Assembly: GCA_963555755.3 (NCBI GenBank) | Contig: OY820905.2 | Location: 96,001 to 160,000 of the forward strand | Length of the DNA stretch: 64,000 nucleotides | Reading direction: 5' to 3' | Source of the DNA: Nitrospirales bacterium | GTDB lineage: Bacteria > Nitrospirota > Nitrospiria > Nitrospirales > UBA8639 | Shown: positions 49,635 through 60,970 of the stretch, one piece after another | Layout of the letters: each line of letters opens with the position of its first letter | How positions within the stretch are numbered: position 1 is the first letter of the stretch | Notes under the pieces: model-generated | The model's database searches: none | What the model saw: only the letters and a program-made list of their open reading frames with translations | Told to the model about the DNA's origin: nothing | Made by a program: the position numbers and the translations under genes

Positions 49635-50227
49635 TCCTGACCTAGTTGATACCGAGTAAATCTGGCGATGGAGATATTTTCTCCCAGTTTCGCGATCTTG
49701 CCCGTTAGGATTTCTTTAATGGTGATGTTGGGATCCTTGATGAAGCTTTGCTCAAGTAAGCAATTGACTTCATAAAATTTTTCCATTTTACCCTGGACGA
49801 TTTTTTCCCAGGCTGCCTCGGGTTTTCCCATTTCTTTTGCCTGGCCGAGATACACGGCTTTTTCCCGCTCGATTTTATCAGCCGGGACATCCTCACGTTG
49901 GATATAGGTAGGATTCGTTGCGGCGACCTGTAACGCTACTTCTTTGATGAGGGCTTGAAATTCATCAGTCCGCGCTACAAAGTCGGTTTCACAATTAATT
50001 TCAACCAAGACACCAATTTTGCTTCCGGCATGAATGTAGGACGAGATCAAGCCTTCCTTGGTTTCGCGTCCGGCTTTTTTTTGTGCAGCGGCTAGGCCTT
50101 TTTGGCGAAGGAGGTCAATGGCTTTTTCAATATCGAGATTGGTCTCTTTGAGCGCATTCTGGCAGTCGAGAATCCCGGCTCCTGTTTTGGCTCGAAGTTC
50201 CTTCACCGAGACACTCATACTGGACAT
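49631..50227 (-). CDS. tsf: Elongation factor Ts
   Basis: [19 protein letters not shown]. Confidence 0.97.
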   Translation of the reverse strand: MSSMSVSVKELRAKTGAGILDCQNALKETNLDIEKAIDLLRQKGLAAAQKKAGRETKEGLISSYIHAGSKIGVLVEINCETDFVARTDEFQALIKEVALQVAATNPTYIQREDVPADKIEREKAVYLGQAKEMGKPEAAWEKIVQGKMEKFYEVNCLLEQSFIKDPNITIKEILTGKIAKLGENISIARFTRYQLGQE

Positions 50228-50302
50228 ATCTTACGTTCTCCCTTTGTCGTGTGGTGCAAACAATTTGGTGTGGTAAAAAATTAAATTTCAGGCCATGTAG
50301 GG

Positions 50303-51088
50303 TTAGGCAGGAGTCTGTATTCCACCTGAGCTGCTCTCAGAGGTACGAGCAGAGATCATGTCTGCCATGATACTGTCTTCTTCTTGGGCAACTGGAGCGT
50401 CCTGTTTGTCAATCATGGCTTGACCCTCAATGCAGGCATTAGCGATCTGAGCGGTAAAGAGCTTTAGAGAACGAATGGCATCATCATTGCCGGGAATGGG
50501 AAAGTCGATGCCTTCAGGATCACAATTGGTATCGACAATGGCCACCACCGGTATTCCAAGGCGATTGGCTTCTTTGACCGTGATGTGTTGAATTCTGGTG
50601 TCGAGGATAAATACGCAACCAGGAAGGTTTTCCATGTGTTTGATTCCGTTGAAATATTTTTCCAACTTTCCTCGTTCTTTTTCCATCAAAAGAATTTCTT
50701 TTTTCTTAAGCCGGTCGTACGTGCCATCCGTCTGAGCGGCTTCCAACTTTTTCAGCTGTATGATGCTTTTTCGGATCGTTTGGAAGTTTGTGAGCATCCC
50801 GCCCAACCAGCGTTGCGTGACATAAAACATATTGCACCGCGTGGCTTCTTCCTCGACAATGTTTACGGCTTGACGTTTGGTTCCGACGAAGAGAACGGTT
50901 TCTCCCGCAGCAACGGTATCGCGAACAAAATTGTAAGCGCGGTGAAAAAGTTGAGCCGATTGCTTGAGGTCAATAATGTAAATGCCATTTTTCTCACCAA
51001 AAATATACGGTCTCATTTTGGGGTTCCACCGGTTGGTTTGATGCCCAAAGTGAACGCCCGCTTCTAATAGGTCTTTGATGGTCACCAT
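50303..51088 (-). CDS. rpsB: 30S ribosomal protein S2
   Basis: [30 protein letters not shown]. Confidence 0.98.
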   Translation of the reverse strand: MVTIKDLLEAGVHFGHQTNRWNPKMRPYIFGEKNGIYIIDLKQSAQLFHRAYNFVRDTVAAGETVLFVGTKRQAVNIVEEEATRCNMFYVTQRWLGGMLTNFQTIRKSIIQLKKLEAAQTDGTYDRLKKKEILLMEKERGKLEKYFNGIKHMENLPGCVFILDTRIQHITVKEANRLGIPVVAIVDTNCDPEGIDFPIPGNDDAIRSLKLFTAQIANACIEGQAMIDKQDAPVAQEEDSIMADMISARTSESSSGGIQTPA

Positions 51089-51519
51089 ACGAACTTATTC
51101 GCCCCCTTCCATGACGTCATGTAATTCATTGAGAGCTTACCTGGCCAGTTTTCAACACGACTAGATTCTTGGCCTACCGAGCTCTGCATACATGACATTG
51201 GTCTAGTTGTTGTAAAAGAATATGTTGCTGCCTAAACCTTAAAAATTTAGCATAAGGGCTGTTTTTAATGCAAGCAAAAGTGTTGATTTTTTTGTTTTCT
51301 GTTGTGTGCCGAAGGATGAGTGATGGTTCGGCGTATGTCTTCCAGAGTCCTGACCACCTGAAATTCACGTTTTTGACTTCGAAAAATTATTACAGGTAAA
51401 GTCACAGTGGTATGAATCAAACAGATGAGAGTGGTTCAGGGTGGTGTAGTGACGATTTGATCTTGATGGGACCGTTGAAGAATAGAAATTTTTTATACCG
51501 CCATTCACATGTGACTCAT

Positions 51520-51660
51520 GGGCACCTCTAAAAACCCGGCATTTTTTGTGAGGGCAAGGAAGCCGCGCGCGGAAAACCGGAGTGTATGGGCGAATACATG
51601 AGGATTTGAGCACGCGGCTGACGCCGCCATCACGGAAAAGGACGGTTTTTAGAGGTGCCC
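51520..51660. mobile_element. MITE family B (141 bp)
   Basis: Near-identical to 30611-30751; TCAT duplication. Confidence 0.9.
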
Positions 51661-51687
51661 TCATCTTATAAAACGCCAAAAGCAACA

Positions 51688-51810
51688 GGGGGAGGTTCAA
51701 AAAGGTGTGCTCAGCAAGGCCGCAGGCCCTTTGACGCGCGGGGCGTACTCATAGTACGCGAGCACGACAAAGGGCCGGGAATGAAGCTGACGCCCTTTTT
51801 CAACATTCCC
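51688..51810. mobile_element. MITE family A, inverted and diverged
   Basis: cagcaaggccgcag...gcgtac...gtacgcgagcacg...tttttcaacattccc. Confidence 0.8.
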
Positions 51811-51836
51811 TTGATGTTTCCTGAAAGGGAGGGGAT

Positions 51837-53192
51837 ATGGTTGAAGTTCCAATAAAAATGCACATTCAAAATTTGGCTCGAACGGCGAGTCAGGCTGCCA
51901 GGCCATTGGCGCTCCTGTCAAGCCGTCAACGGACATTGGCTTTGGAGGCGATGGCCGACCAGCTGGAGCAACGCGTCGATGAGGTTCTGGCGGCGAATAA
52001 ACAAGATCTTGATGCCATCCCAAAAGATATTGGAACGGATGTCTATCGTAAAATTCGTGATCGAGTCACGGTGGTTAACGATGATGTGCTTCAGATGGTG
52101 GAGACGATTCGCCGTATCAGTGCCGAGCCTGATCCTATTGGACAGGAAACCCAAGGGTGGATGTCGGTTGATGGTTTGCAGGTAAGCCGCATTCGGGTGC
52201 CTATTGGCGTGATCGGGATCATATCGGAATTTGGGCCTGAGGTGTCGGTCGAGTCTATGGCGATGTGTCTGCGTTCCGGCAATGTGTGTATCCTTCGAGG
52301 GGGCAAAGAATGGTTTTTAACGAATTCTGCTGTGATGACCGTGCTTCGGGAAGCCGCTGAGGGGCAGGAGATCCCAGTTGGAGCGATGACCTTTATTGAC
52401 CGGCCGGAAAAGGAGGGGGTATTGGAAATGACCCGCCTCACCAAGTTCATCAATGGGGTGATCCCCCGTGGCAATGCCGGGTTGCGAAAGGCGATCATGG
52501 AGCAATCTCGGGTCCCTGTCCTTGGGTATGATGGTGGACTCTGTCATGTCTTTATTGATCGGGAGGCTGAGCTGCCGTTGTCGCAAGGAGTCGTAGTCAA
52601 CTCTAAAATCCAAGATCCCTTGGCATCGAATGCGGCTGATACCCTCTTGGTTCATCAAGGCATTTCTCGACAGTTTTTGCCTGGGATTCTTCGGCGTTTG
52701 CTCAGTGAATTTAAGATTGATCTGATTGGGTGTCCGAAAACCGTTTCGTTATTGGGGTTCATGGAGATGACAGGACATAAAGCCATTGAAAAAGCGAAAG
52801 AAGAAGATTGGGGACAAAAGGTTCAATCGTTGAGGTTGGCGATCAAGGTCGTTGACAGTTTGGATGAAGCGATTGAACATATCAACGCATATGGTCCTGG
52901 GCATACGGATACCATTGTGACCCGTGATTACGATACTGCCATGCGGTTTGTTCGTGAAGTTGATTCCAGTGCGGTGTTGGTAAATGCCTCGACACGGGTG
53001 CATGCCGGTTCTGAACTGGGCTTGGGGTCGGAAATTGGGATGAATACTACACATTTTCACATTCGAGGTCCCTTGACGCTGCAGTCTTTGACCGTGGAAA
53101 AGATGGTTGGGTTTGGAACCGGCCAACTCCGGTACCCCCATCCTGTACCGCGAGAATATGAAGATGCCATGATGCTTTCCGCCAAGTTTTAA
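51837..53192 (+). CDS. Gamma-glutamyl phosphate reductase (ProA)-like paralog with altered active site
   Basis: RVPIGVIGII, LRGGKE, IPRG, VNASTR, EIG; SNAADT in place of CNAxET. Confidence 0.8.
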   Translation: MVEVPIKMHIQNLARTASQAARPLALLSSRQRTLALEAMADQLEQRVDEVLAANKQDLDAIPKDIGTDVYRKIRDRVTVVNDDVLQMVETIRRISAEPDPIGQETQGWMSVDGLQVSRIRVPIGVIGIISEFGPEVSVESMAMCLRSGNVCILRGGKEWFLTNSAVMTVLREAAEGQEIPVGAMTFIDRPEKEGVLEMTRLTKFINGVIPRGNAGLRKAIMEQSRVPVLGYDGGLCHVFIDREAELPLSQGVVVNSKIQDPLASNAADTLLVHQGISRQFLPGILRRLLSEFKIDLIGCPKTVSLLGFMEMTGHKAIEKAKEEDWGQKVQSLRLAIKVVDSLDEAIEHINAYGPGHTDTIVTRDYDTAMRFVREVDSSAVLVNASTRVHAGSELGLGSEIGMNTTHFHIRGPLTLQSLTVEKMVGFGTGQLRYPHPVPREYEDAMMLSAKF

Positions 53193-53342
53193 CAGCCTGT
53201 CTCCGTGATGCGTGAAGTGTTGGGGAAAAGAGGAATGCTCTGGTTCCTCCACGCATTACGCATCACGCATTACGCTTCACGTCCATAAGAACGCCGCTGT
53301 CGAACTCCTCGGTCAACATGCCCTTGTGAAAGGCCTTTCACT

Positions 53343-54794
53343 GTGTCGGTCGAAGCACGTCTTTTACAGCATTTAGCCACGTGGGGCCTTCGTGAATTCG
53401 TTCATGAACGGGACTACGACGTGTGGCAACGGGAATCGCTTTCTTCGCAGGTCTTGCACCAGCTTCATGAGTTGGCGGAAAAACGTCAGGGTGGTGCGGA
53501 TGCCGCATCCGATCAAGAATTTTATGACCTGGTATCCTCTGTAACCGTTTTGCCGGTCGTGTATAGCCAGCGCTTTGGCTACTATCGAGCCGTCGGAATA
53601 GCCCTCAGCCATTGCCTTGAACCGGGGAAATCGGTTTTGGATTTTGGGTGTGGAGTTGGTATTCTCACCACCTGGTATGCGTCCATGTTTCCCGACTGTG
53701 TGTTCACTGGCGTGGATCGTTCGCCTCAATCGATTGCGGTGGCCCGGCAACACGCCGAAGACTTACAGTTGGACAATGTCTCGTTTCAATTTTGCGTGGT
53801 TCCTGAGGACAATGTGTCAGGAATGTTTGATTTGATTATTTCCACGCAAGCCCTGTTTCAATCGGAAACTGACCCTGGATTGCCTAGCCGGTCCTGGGAA
53901 GGTTTTAATCGAGGGGATGATCCTCAACGGCAAACGGCGTATGAGATTCGTACCGGTATTGGCGAGCGGTTAGATTGGTTGTTGGCGAGGTTGAATCCAC
54001 TGGGCTGCATGTTGGCTTTTGAAAAGACTCGTCATCTTGGACGTCGGGTGCTCTTTCAGCGGGCGTTAGCCGCGCGTGGGTTGCGTTGCAAGAAGGATCC
54101 TGTGTTTCTCCGCTATTCCTCGGTCGATGAACACATCCTGGACGGCCCGTTGTATTCTCTGACGTTGGAGGCTACACCCTTCACTTTTGAGGAGGCACCT
54201 AACACTGAGCCCCAGAGTCATGTGTATCGATGTCAGGGGGGAAATGCTGAGTGGGTCTGGTCTAAGTTTGCTGAGGTGGGAACTCTTGATCAGCCAGTGC
54301 CTGTACAATTTGGTGCGCAAGAGATTCAATGGCAATTGTGTCGGACGGTGGCCGGGCTGTTGTGCGGACGGGTGTTCATCCCTGGGGTGTTTACAGGAGT
54401 GCTTGTGGGCATGAATGACGATGACGAATTATTGAAGAAAATTGTTGGCGAGCTTCTTCATCCAAGCAATCCTGAGAAGATTTTTCAGGAGGTGCTGCAC
54501 GGTATTTGGTCAACGGAAGAGGCCTCGGAAACATCAGGTGCGCCATTATATGAGAATCATTCCTCCAGCGCTCAGGATATTTGGCAACGGCTTTCGGGTC
54601 GCGTGATTCTTCGGGAAATCACTCGGACCAATTCCGATGGCCAACAATATCATGTGGAACTGGGGCGCTGCGTCAGTCAATTGGTGTATGTGTATTGGGC
54701 CAATACCCTTGATCAACGGCAACTTGTGGTGATGGAGTCAGAGCGGGAGGCTGTATTGGATGAATATTTTTCCGGGTCAGGCGACGATGGCTGA
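53343..54794 (+). CDS. Class I SAM-dependent methyltransferase domain protein
   Basis: VLDFGCGVG, GVDRS, FDLII. Confidence 0.8.
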   Translation: MSVEARLLQHLATWGLREFVHERDYDVWQRESLSSQVLHQLHELAEKRQGGADAASDQEFYDLVSSVTVLPVVYSQRFGYYRAVGIALSHCLEPGKSVLDFGCGVGILTTWYASMFPDCVFTGVDRSPQSIAVARQHAEDLQLDNVSFQFCVVPEDNVSGMFDLIISTQALFQSETDPGLPSRSWEGFNRGDDPQRQTAYEIRTGIGERLDWLLARLNPLGCMLAFEKTRHLGRRVLFQRALAARGLRCKKDPVFLRYSSVDEHILDGPLYSLTLEATPFTFEEAPNTEPQSHVYRCQGGNAEWVWSKFAEVGTLDQPVPVQFGAQEIQWQLCRTVAGLLCGRVFIPGVFTGVLVGMNDDDELLKKIVGELLHPSNPEKIFQEVLHGIWSTEEASETSGAPLYENHSSSAQDIWQRLSGRVILREITRTNSDGQQYHVELGRCVSQLVYVYWANTLDQRQLVVMESEREAVLDEYFSGSGDDG

Positions 54795-54834
54795 TTCCAT
54801 GTTTCAGAACGCCGTTTGGTACGGGTAGGGAACG

Positions 54835-57800
54835 TTAATTCGGCACCATTACTGCCACACTTGGAGTTTTGTCTTCTGGATGTAGGAAAATGCTGGTTCG
54901 GCGAGGACTCAAAAATTCCAGAATCTTTGGGGGGACTTCGCGTGGCCGGAGGCTTCGGGTAATGCTGAGATTCATTTCTTCAGCAAGGTCGACCATGATG
55001 GCTTCTTGTCTCGTTCCTGCAAAATGGGAGGATAGCAATAGCGGTCTGGTCGGATTTTGCAAATTGACGCTAATCACTTGTCCGATGGTTCCATCGGATA
55101 ATTCTACAAGAGTTCCCGGTGGGAACACCGTCATCGTTTGAATCAGCGTCAAGATCACTTCTTTTGAGAATTTTTGTGTCTTGGAGTCTATATACAGGTA
55201 CAATTGGGAAAGCGCTTCATGGGGTGTGAGGCTTTTTTCGGTCTCGGCTGGGTTGCACAGCTCATCATATTCATCCGCCACCATCACGATTTGCGCAAAG
55301 AGGGAGATCTGCTCCTTGGATATTCCCTTGGGAAACCCAGAGCCATCCAGCCGTTCATGATGTTGAATAATGGTCTCGAGGCTGGGGAGCGGAAAATCTT
55401 TGAATTTTGCCATCAATTCTTCCCCTTTTTTAGGGTGGAATTTTGCGGACTCGGGATCTGGCACCATGGTGATCCCGGTCGAAAGAAAATTGACTTTCAT
55501 GGGTAGCATTCGTTTGCCCATGTCGTGAAAGAGTGCTCCGAGGCCCAACATGTGAAGTTCCTCGGGATCTAATCCCATTTCCTTCCCAATGATCGAGGAC
55601 ATGATGCACACGTTGAGGGCATGGGATGACAGCCCCTCGGCCATGCCGGTCGAGCTGACAATATCCATCAGGGTCATGGTGGCTTGTTCATGCTGAAGGA
55701 CGGCTCCGACGTTCCTGACCAGGTGGGCGGCACTTTTAACTGCCGCACGATTGCCGGTCCCAATCCGTTTGAAAATATCTTTACTTTTGCCTAAGACCTT
55801 CCAATAGGCATCTTCGACTTTCTTAAGATGCGTTTTTCTGTCCTGATACAGCCGTTTGCGGTTTTTCTTGATTTCGTCAAGGTCAGGGGCTTCGACGAGT
55901 GTGATCGGCTCTTCCTCAATATCTTCACTGTCATCCTGAAGCGCGAGAAACGTCTCTTCCTCTGAGAATACCTCCAGGGAAAGTTCTTGATCGATTTCGG
56001 GTAATTCCGTGTCATCTGGCTCTAGTTGTTCTGATGGGGTGGGATCTGATAACGCAAGGTCATAGTAGAGTTTCAGTTTCCGAATGCCTTGAATAATCTC
56101 ATATGCCTTCCCATTTGACTAAGGTTAGTCCCTAGACTAGTCTGCTGGACTATGGACACAGGGTATGCTGCTGATATCTTGGATTTTTCTGTTAGGTTCC
56201 ACACCGAAGAAGCGTGCTTCGAGTACTTGCGGGCGATTCGGTGGCCAGACGGGTTTATGTGTCCAGCTTGCGGTCATCGCGGTGGTTGGTGGCTCAAAAA
56301 ATATTTCCGGTTTGAGTGTTCGTCGTGTCATAGACAGACATCACCGCTAAGCGGCACAGTGATGCATAGATCGCACTTGCCGCTACGGCTTTGGTTTTGG
56401 GCTGCCTATTTCGTCTCCACGCACACACCTGGCATCAGTGCTGTGCAATTGCAGCGTCAACTCAGTATCAAGAAGGTGGATAGCGCCTGTATTTGTCCAC
56501 AGATTGCGTGTGGTACGACAGAACCGTGAACGGCTCGCAGGAACAGTTGAAGCACATATGTGGACCGGTAAAAGGCAAAACGGGCCGTGGCGTCGCGCAC
56601 CAAGACGTTTGCCGTAGAAATTGTCACGCTACACACAAGGGGATCACTTTGAAAGCAGGGCGTTTTTTAGCGATGCCTATTTCAAGACGCTGGAGAGAAC
56701 GAGATCAAAGCATTCTCAATAGCCATGTCGCTGAGGGCAGTAAGCAAGTCCGATGGTTGGAAGGGATACTCGGCAAAAGCCTTGGCAGGATACGAACACC
56801 TGAGACGGACCCAGGGTGACCCAGCAAGTGCTGGGAAGCACGCTCCACACATCCATAGAGCGTTCGGCAATCTGCAGTCTGGCATCAGTGCAACACTATC
56901 TTGATGAGTTTGTCTTTCTCTCGTATAGTGATCCAATGAGTACCTTGTTTGTTGAAAATCCTGACCACAGCTCAAAAAATAATCTCAATATCATTTTCGC
57001 AATTTTAAAACTGCTGGTTGCCACGGCCCACCACGAACATTCCAATTTTACGTTAGAGTCCACCGGAGTATCATAGAAAAGTTGGTAATGAGTTAATGTG
57101 TCATGCGTATTGAGCGAGGGATCAGCGGTGGTTGAAGGCATTTCAAAAACATCGCTTGGTATTTTTCCACCGGTTCGAGAGAAAGCAGGGCGTTTACGCG
57201 GAATCCCTTTCTTTCGGTCTTTCCCCATGGTGTTCGGTGGAGCATCACCCCGTACGACTTGGGCTAGGCTTTGGGAGTTTTGGGCTGCCTATATTCGTCT
57301 CCACGCACACACCTTCTTCAGTGCTGGCAATTGCACGCTGGAGTATCAAGAAGGTGATCCCATATCGGTGGACCGGTAAAAGGCAAAACGGGCCGTGGCG
57401 TCGCGAAAGCGAAAACCAAGACGTTAATAGCCGGAGCCGTAGAAATTGTCACGTACACACAAGGGGATCACTTTCGAGAGAAAGCAGGGCGTTTACGATT
57501 AGCGATTCTTCAAGACGCTGGAGAGAACGAGATCAAAGCATTCCTCAATAGCCATGTCGCTGAGGGCAGTAAGATCAAGTCCGATGGTTGGAAGGGATAC
57601 TCGGCAAAAGCCTTGGCAGGATACGAACACCTGAGACGGACCCAGGGTGACCCAGCAAGTGCTGGGAAGCACGCTCCACACATCCATAGAGCGTTCGGCA
57701 ATCTGCAGACCTGGCTGAACGGGATTCACCATGGAGTGGATTCAAAATACCTGCAACACTATCTTGATGAGTTTGTCTTTCGCTATAACCGCCGTGAGAC

Positions 57801-58035
57801 TCCAATGAGTACCTTCCAGAGTTTGTTGAAAATCCTGACCAGCAGCTCAAAACCCTTGGGATTCAATAAACTGAAGCAACCTTAGTTAAATGGGAAGGCA
57901 TATAATCTCAATATCATTTTGTGAGACAATTTTAAAACTGCTGGTTGCAAAAGGATGAGCCCACCACGAACATTCCAATTTTACATAGAGTCCAATTCGG
58001 AGCTCATCGAGGTTTTCAAGACGTTGGTAGGACAT
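54835..58035 (-). pseudogene. DUF3391/HD-GYP phosphodiesterase interrupted by IS1595
   Basis: N-terminus MSYQRLENLDELRIGLYVKLECSWWAHPF (ATG 58035) joins ...IIQGIRKLKLYYD after IS removal; FHDMGK, HHERLDGSGFP. Confidence 0.85.
56102..57902 (+). mobile_element. IS1595-family element with garbled interior
   Basis: 25-bp IRs tatgccttcccatttgactaaggtt / aaccttagttaaatgggaaggcata; 8-bp TSD taatctca; Zn-ribbon RWPDGFMCPACG; YLDEFVFRYNRR. Confidence 0.9.
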
Positions 58036-58445
58036 GTGGGTTGGACTCCGAAGTTGGTAATGAGTTAATAAGGGTCATGTCGTATTGAGAGAGGGATCAG
58101 CCAATCATGGTGAAGGCATTTCCCACAAAAAAAACATCGCTTGGTATTTTTCTTCTTTACCGGTACGATCGAAATGGTGGCATCTCAGTGAATTTCGGAC
58201 TTCCCTTTCTTTCGGTCTTTCCCCATGGATCTAAACCTTGTTGGGGATGGGGCCTCACCCCGTCTGGCAGGATTGGGTGTATGGTTCTCTAGCAGTAATG
58301 GGAGTTTTGTTGTCTTAGATGATATTGGTTGACTCAAAAGAACATGGCGACGGTCTTCTTCACCCCTCCCTGGCAATGGGTTTCAGGAAATTTGGCCCTG
58401 TTCATCTAGAGGGTATACTCGGTAAAAACCCCTAGGCCTTCTAGC

Positions 58446-59240
58446 GGTTCTGTCGCAAATAGGGGATCGAGGCGAAAAGGTTGGTCGTGACCCGGATGAC
58501 TACGTGGCGAGGGCATGGAACATTTCAGCAGGAGTTTTCCTATCTCCCGCGAGGGTTTTCATCTGCCCTTTCTTAATCATGGCTATGACTTCAATGCCTG
58601 CTAAGGTCCGTTGAGCCGCATGAAAGTTTTTGAAGCCCAGCATCGGTCGCGTGAGCCTTTTGATGCGTCGGTGGTCTTGCTCAATGATGTTGTTCAGATA
58701 TTTGCATTGGCGGATCGTGATACGTGTTTTATTGTCTCGGTTCACTTGTTTGAGACCGGCTGTATTCGCACCACTTTGATCAATATTCACCAGACTGGGT
58801 TTTCCGTTTTGAGCAATCGCTTTTTTCAAAAAGCGTAAGGCCGCCTGCGTATCTCGTGTGGCCGTCAAGAGAAAGTCGATCGTCTGTCCTTGCTTATCAA
58901 CCGCTCGATAATAATATGTCCATTGGCCTTTTATTTTGACGTATGTTTCATCCATTCTCCATCGATGGCCAACGCGTTTCTTCTTCTGTCGAAAGGCCGC
59001 ATCCAATTGTGGCGAATAATGAAGGACCCAGCGATTGATGGTACTGTGATCCACAGTGAAACCCCGTTCGGCCATCATTTCTTCAATATCCCGATAACTG
59101 AGAGAATATGCGAGATACCAGCGAACACTTTGGAGGATCATGTCGTGCTGAAAATGTCGGCCCTTGAAGGTGATAGCTGCCATGTGAGTCTCCCGTGAAA
59201 TGGCTTCATGCTACCATATCCCGATATTTGCGACAGAACC
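58446..59240 (-). mobile_element. IS6-family element; transposase at 58500-59183
   Basis: IRs ggttctgtcgcaaata / tatttgcgacagaacc; FKGRHF, WRMDETYVK, YLNNIIEQDHR; no TSD seen. Confidence 0.95.
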
Positions 59241-59311
59241 GGAAGCTGCAACCCCTGCGCAACCTGAAGGGGCATGGCTAGAGCCTCGCACTCATAAGCT
59301 GTTGAAAAATA

Positions 59312-59387
59312 TGGTGGCGGTGGAGGGACTTGAACCCCCGGCCCGCGGCTTATGAGTCCGCTGCTCTACCACCTGAGCTACACCGCC
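59312..59387 (-). tRNA. tRNA with CAT anticodon (probably elongator Met; Ile2 not excluded)
   Basis: GGCGGTGTAGCTCAG...CTCATAA...GGTTCAAGTCC...CCGCCACCA cloverleaf with encoded CCA. Confidence 0.95.
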
Positions 59388-59723
59388 AACGTAAGGTGTT
59401 TGTTGAAATAACAGTGCCTGGCAAGTGTCCCGATCTATATCATAGGGAAGGGGGATGGGACAAATCTTCCAGAACCGTTTTTCCGTTAGGGGTTGCACAT
59501 GGGGTGTGTAGGAAACTCTGCATGGAGGTTCCTTTGTCAAGGCCTAGTCGTGCGGTAAAATGCGTACCGAAAAAAAATCAAAGATGGCGTATACTGAACC
59601 AACTTGAGGAAAGAAAGCTGTGAAGTGGCATCCTTTTCATTCAGGTATCTTTTGTCGAGTGTGTAAAGGTCAAAGCGTTCAATAAAACAAAGATGGGTGT
59701 AGAAAGTATTCTGGAGATAATGT

Positions 59724-60965
59724 ATGGCTGAGATTATGGCTGCAAGCAAGGGGATCGATACTAATACGGCTTTTGTCGGACGTCAGCCGATTTACGGCCG
59801 TTCGATTGATGTTTTTGCCTATGAATTGTTGTTTCGGAACAATGAAGTCAACCGCGCCTCCTTTACGGATGGGAATGCGGCAACGGCTCAGGTCATGCTC
59901 AATACGTTTGTAGAGATTGGGCTCGATCATATCGTTGATCATCATTTAGCCTTTATTAATTTGACACGGGACTTTGTGCTCGGAAATTACTGTACCGCCC
60001 TGCCGAAGGATCGGGTCGTTCTTGAAGTCCTCGAAAATATGGTTGTTGATCAAGAGCTAATTGATTCTCTGAATCGGTTGTCCGGGTTGGGATATCGCCT
60101 CGCGCTGGATGATTTTGTCTATCATGAATCGCTCAAACCGTTGGTCGAGTTGGCAGATTTTATTAAGGTTGATGTCCTAGAGCTAGACCGAAAGACGGTG
60201 GCTCGGCATGTTGAGATTCTTCGCCAATATCCCGTGAAACTGCTGGCCGAGAAAGTCGAGACACACGAAGAATTTGAGTTTTGTCGGGATTTAGGTTTCG
60301 ATTATTTTCAGGGGTATTTTTTTTGTAAGCCGAATGTCATCTCGGTCAAACCCATGCCCGCGAACCGAATGGCGGTACTCGCACTCTTGACGCAACTCCA
60401 AAACCCGACTATTGAGATTTCTCAACTAGAACGGATTTTCCAGGATGATCTTTCGTTGGGATCCCAAGTGTTGCGGTACATTAACTCGGCCTTTTTCGAA
60501 ATGCCCAAACACATCGATTCGATTGATCAAGCCGTCTATATGGTCGGGACCGATCGCCTTCGTATGTGGGCCAGCCTCCTGATGCTGGCCAGGATCGAAG
60601 AAAAGCCGGTTGAACTATTTGTGACGGCCATTGTTCGAGCCAGGATGTGTGAACAACTGGCCCTTGCGCACCATGTTCCAGACGTTGACCAGTACTTTAC
60701 CGTTGGGCTTTTTTCGATTTTAGACGGGTTGCTGGATCAATCCATGGACGACATTATTCCCACGCTTCCCCTTGAAAGAGAAATTCGTCAGGCCTTGTTG
60801 AATCGGCAGGGGGCCCTTGGTATGACGTTAGATTGTGTGTTGGCGTATGAACGAGGTGATTGGGATACCGTGTTATGTCATGGTTTTGAAGTTGAAACTG
60901 TCAAAGCTGCCTATTTGGAAGCCATTTCATGGACGTCCTATATTACTCCACTTCTCAAGAGCTAA
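59724..60965 (+). CDS. EAL-HDOD domain protein
   Basis: RQPI, AYELLFR, LALDDF, LAEKVET, FQGYFF plus HDOD C-terminus. Confidence 0.92.
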   Translation: MAEIMAASKGIDTNTAFVGRQPIYGRSIDVFAYELLFRNNEVNRASFTDGNAATAQVMLNTFVEIGLDHIVDHHLAFINLTRDFVLGNYCTALPKDRVVLEVLENMVVDQELIDSLNRLSGLGYRLALDDFVYHESLKPLVELADFIKVDVLELDRKTVARHVEILRQYPVKLLAEKVETHEEFEFCRDLGFDYFQGYFFCKPNVISVKPMPANRMAVLALLTQLQNPTIEISQLERIFQDDLSLGSQVLRYINSAFFEMPKHIDSIDQAVYMVGTDRLRMWASLLMLARIEEKPVELFVTAIVRARMCEQLALAHHVPDVDQYFTVGLFSILDGLLDQSMDDIIPTLPLEREIRQALLNRQGALGMTLDCVLAYERGDWDTVLCHGFEVETVKAAYLEAISWTSYITPLLKS

Positions 60966-60970
60966 CCCTT

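Noticed and set aside
56493..57551. Cargo genes or a composite transposon inside IS1595
   Set aside because: The sequence is a degraded duplicate of the IS and its flank, probably an artefact
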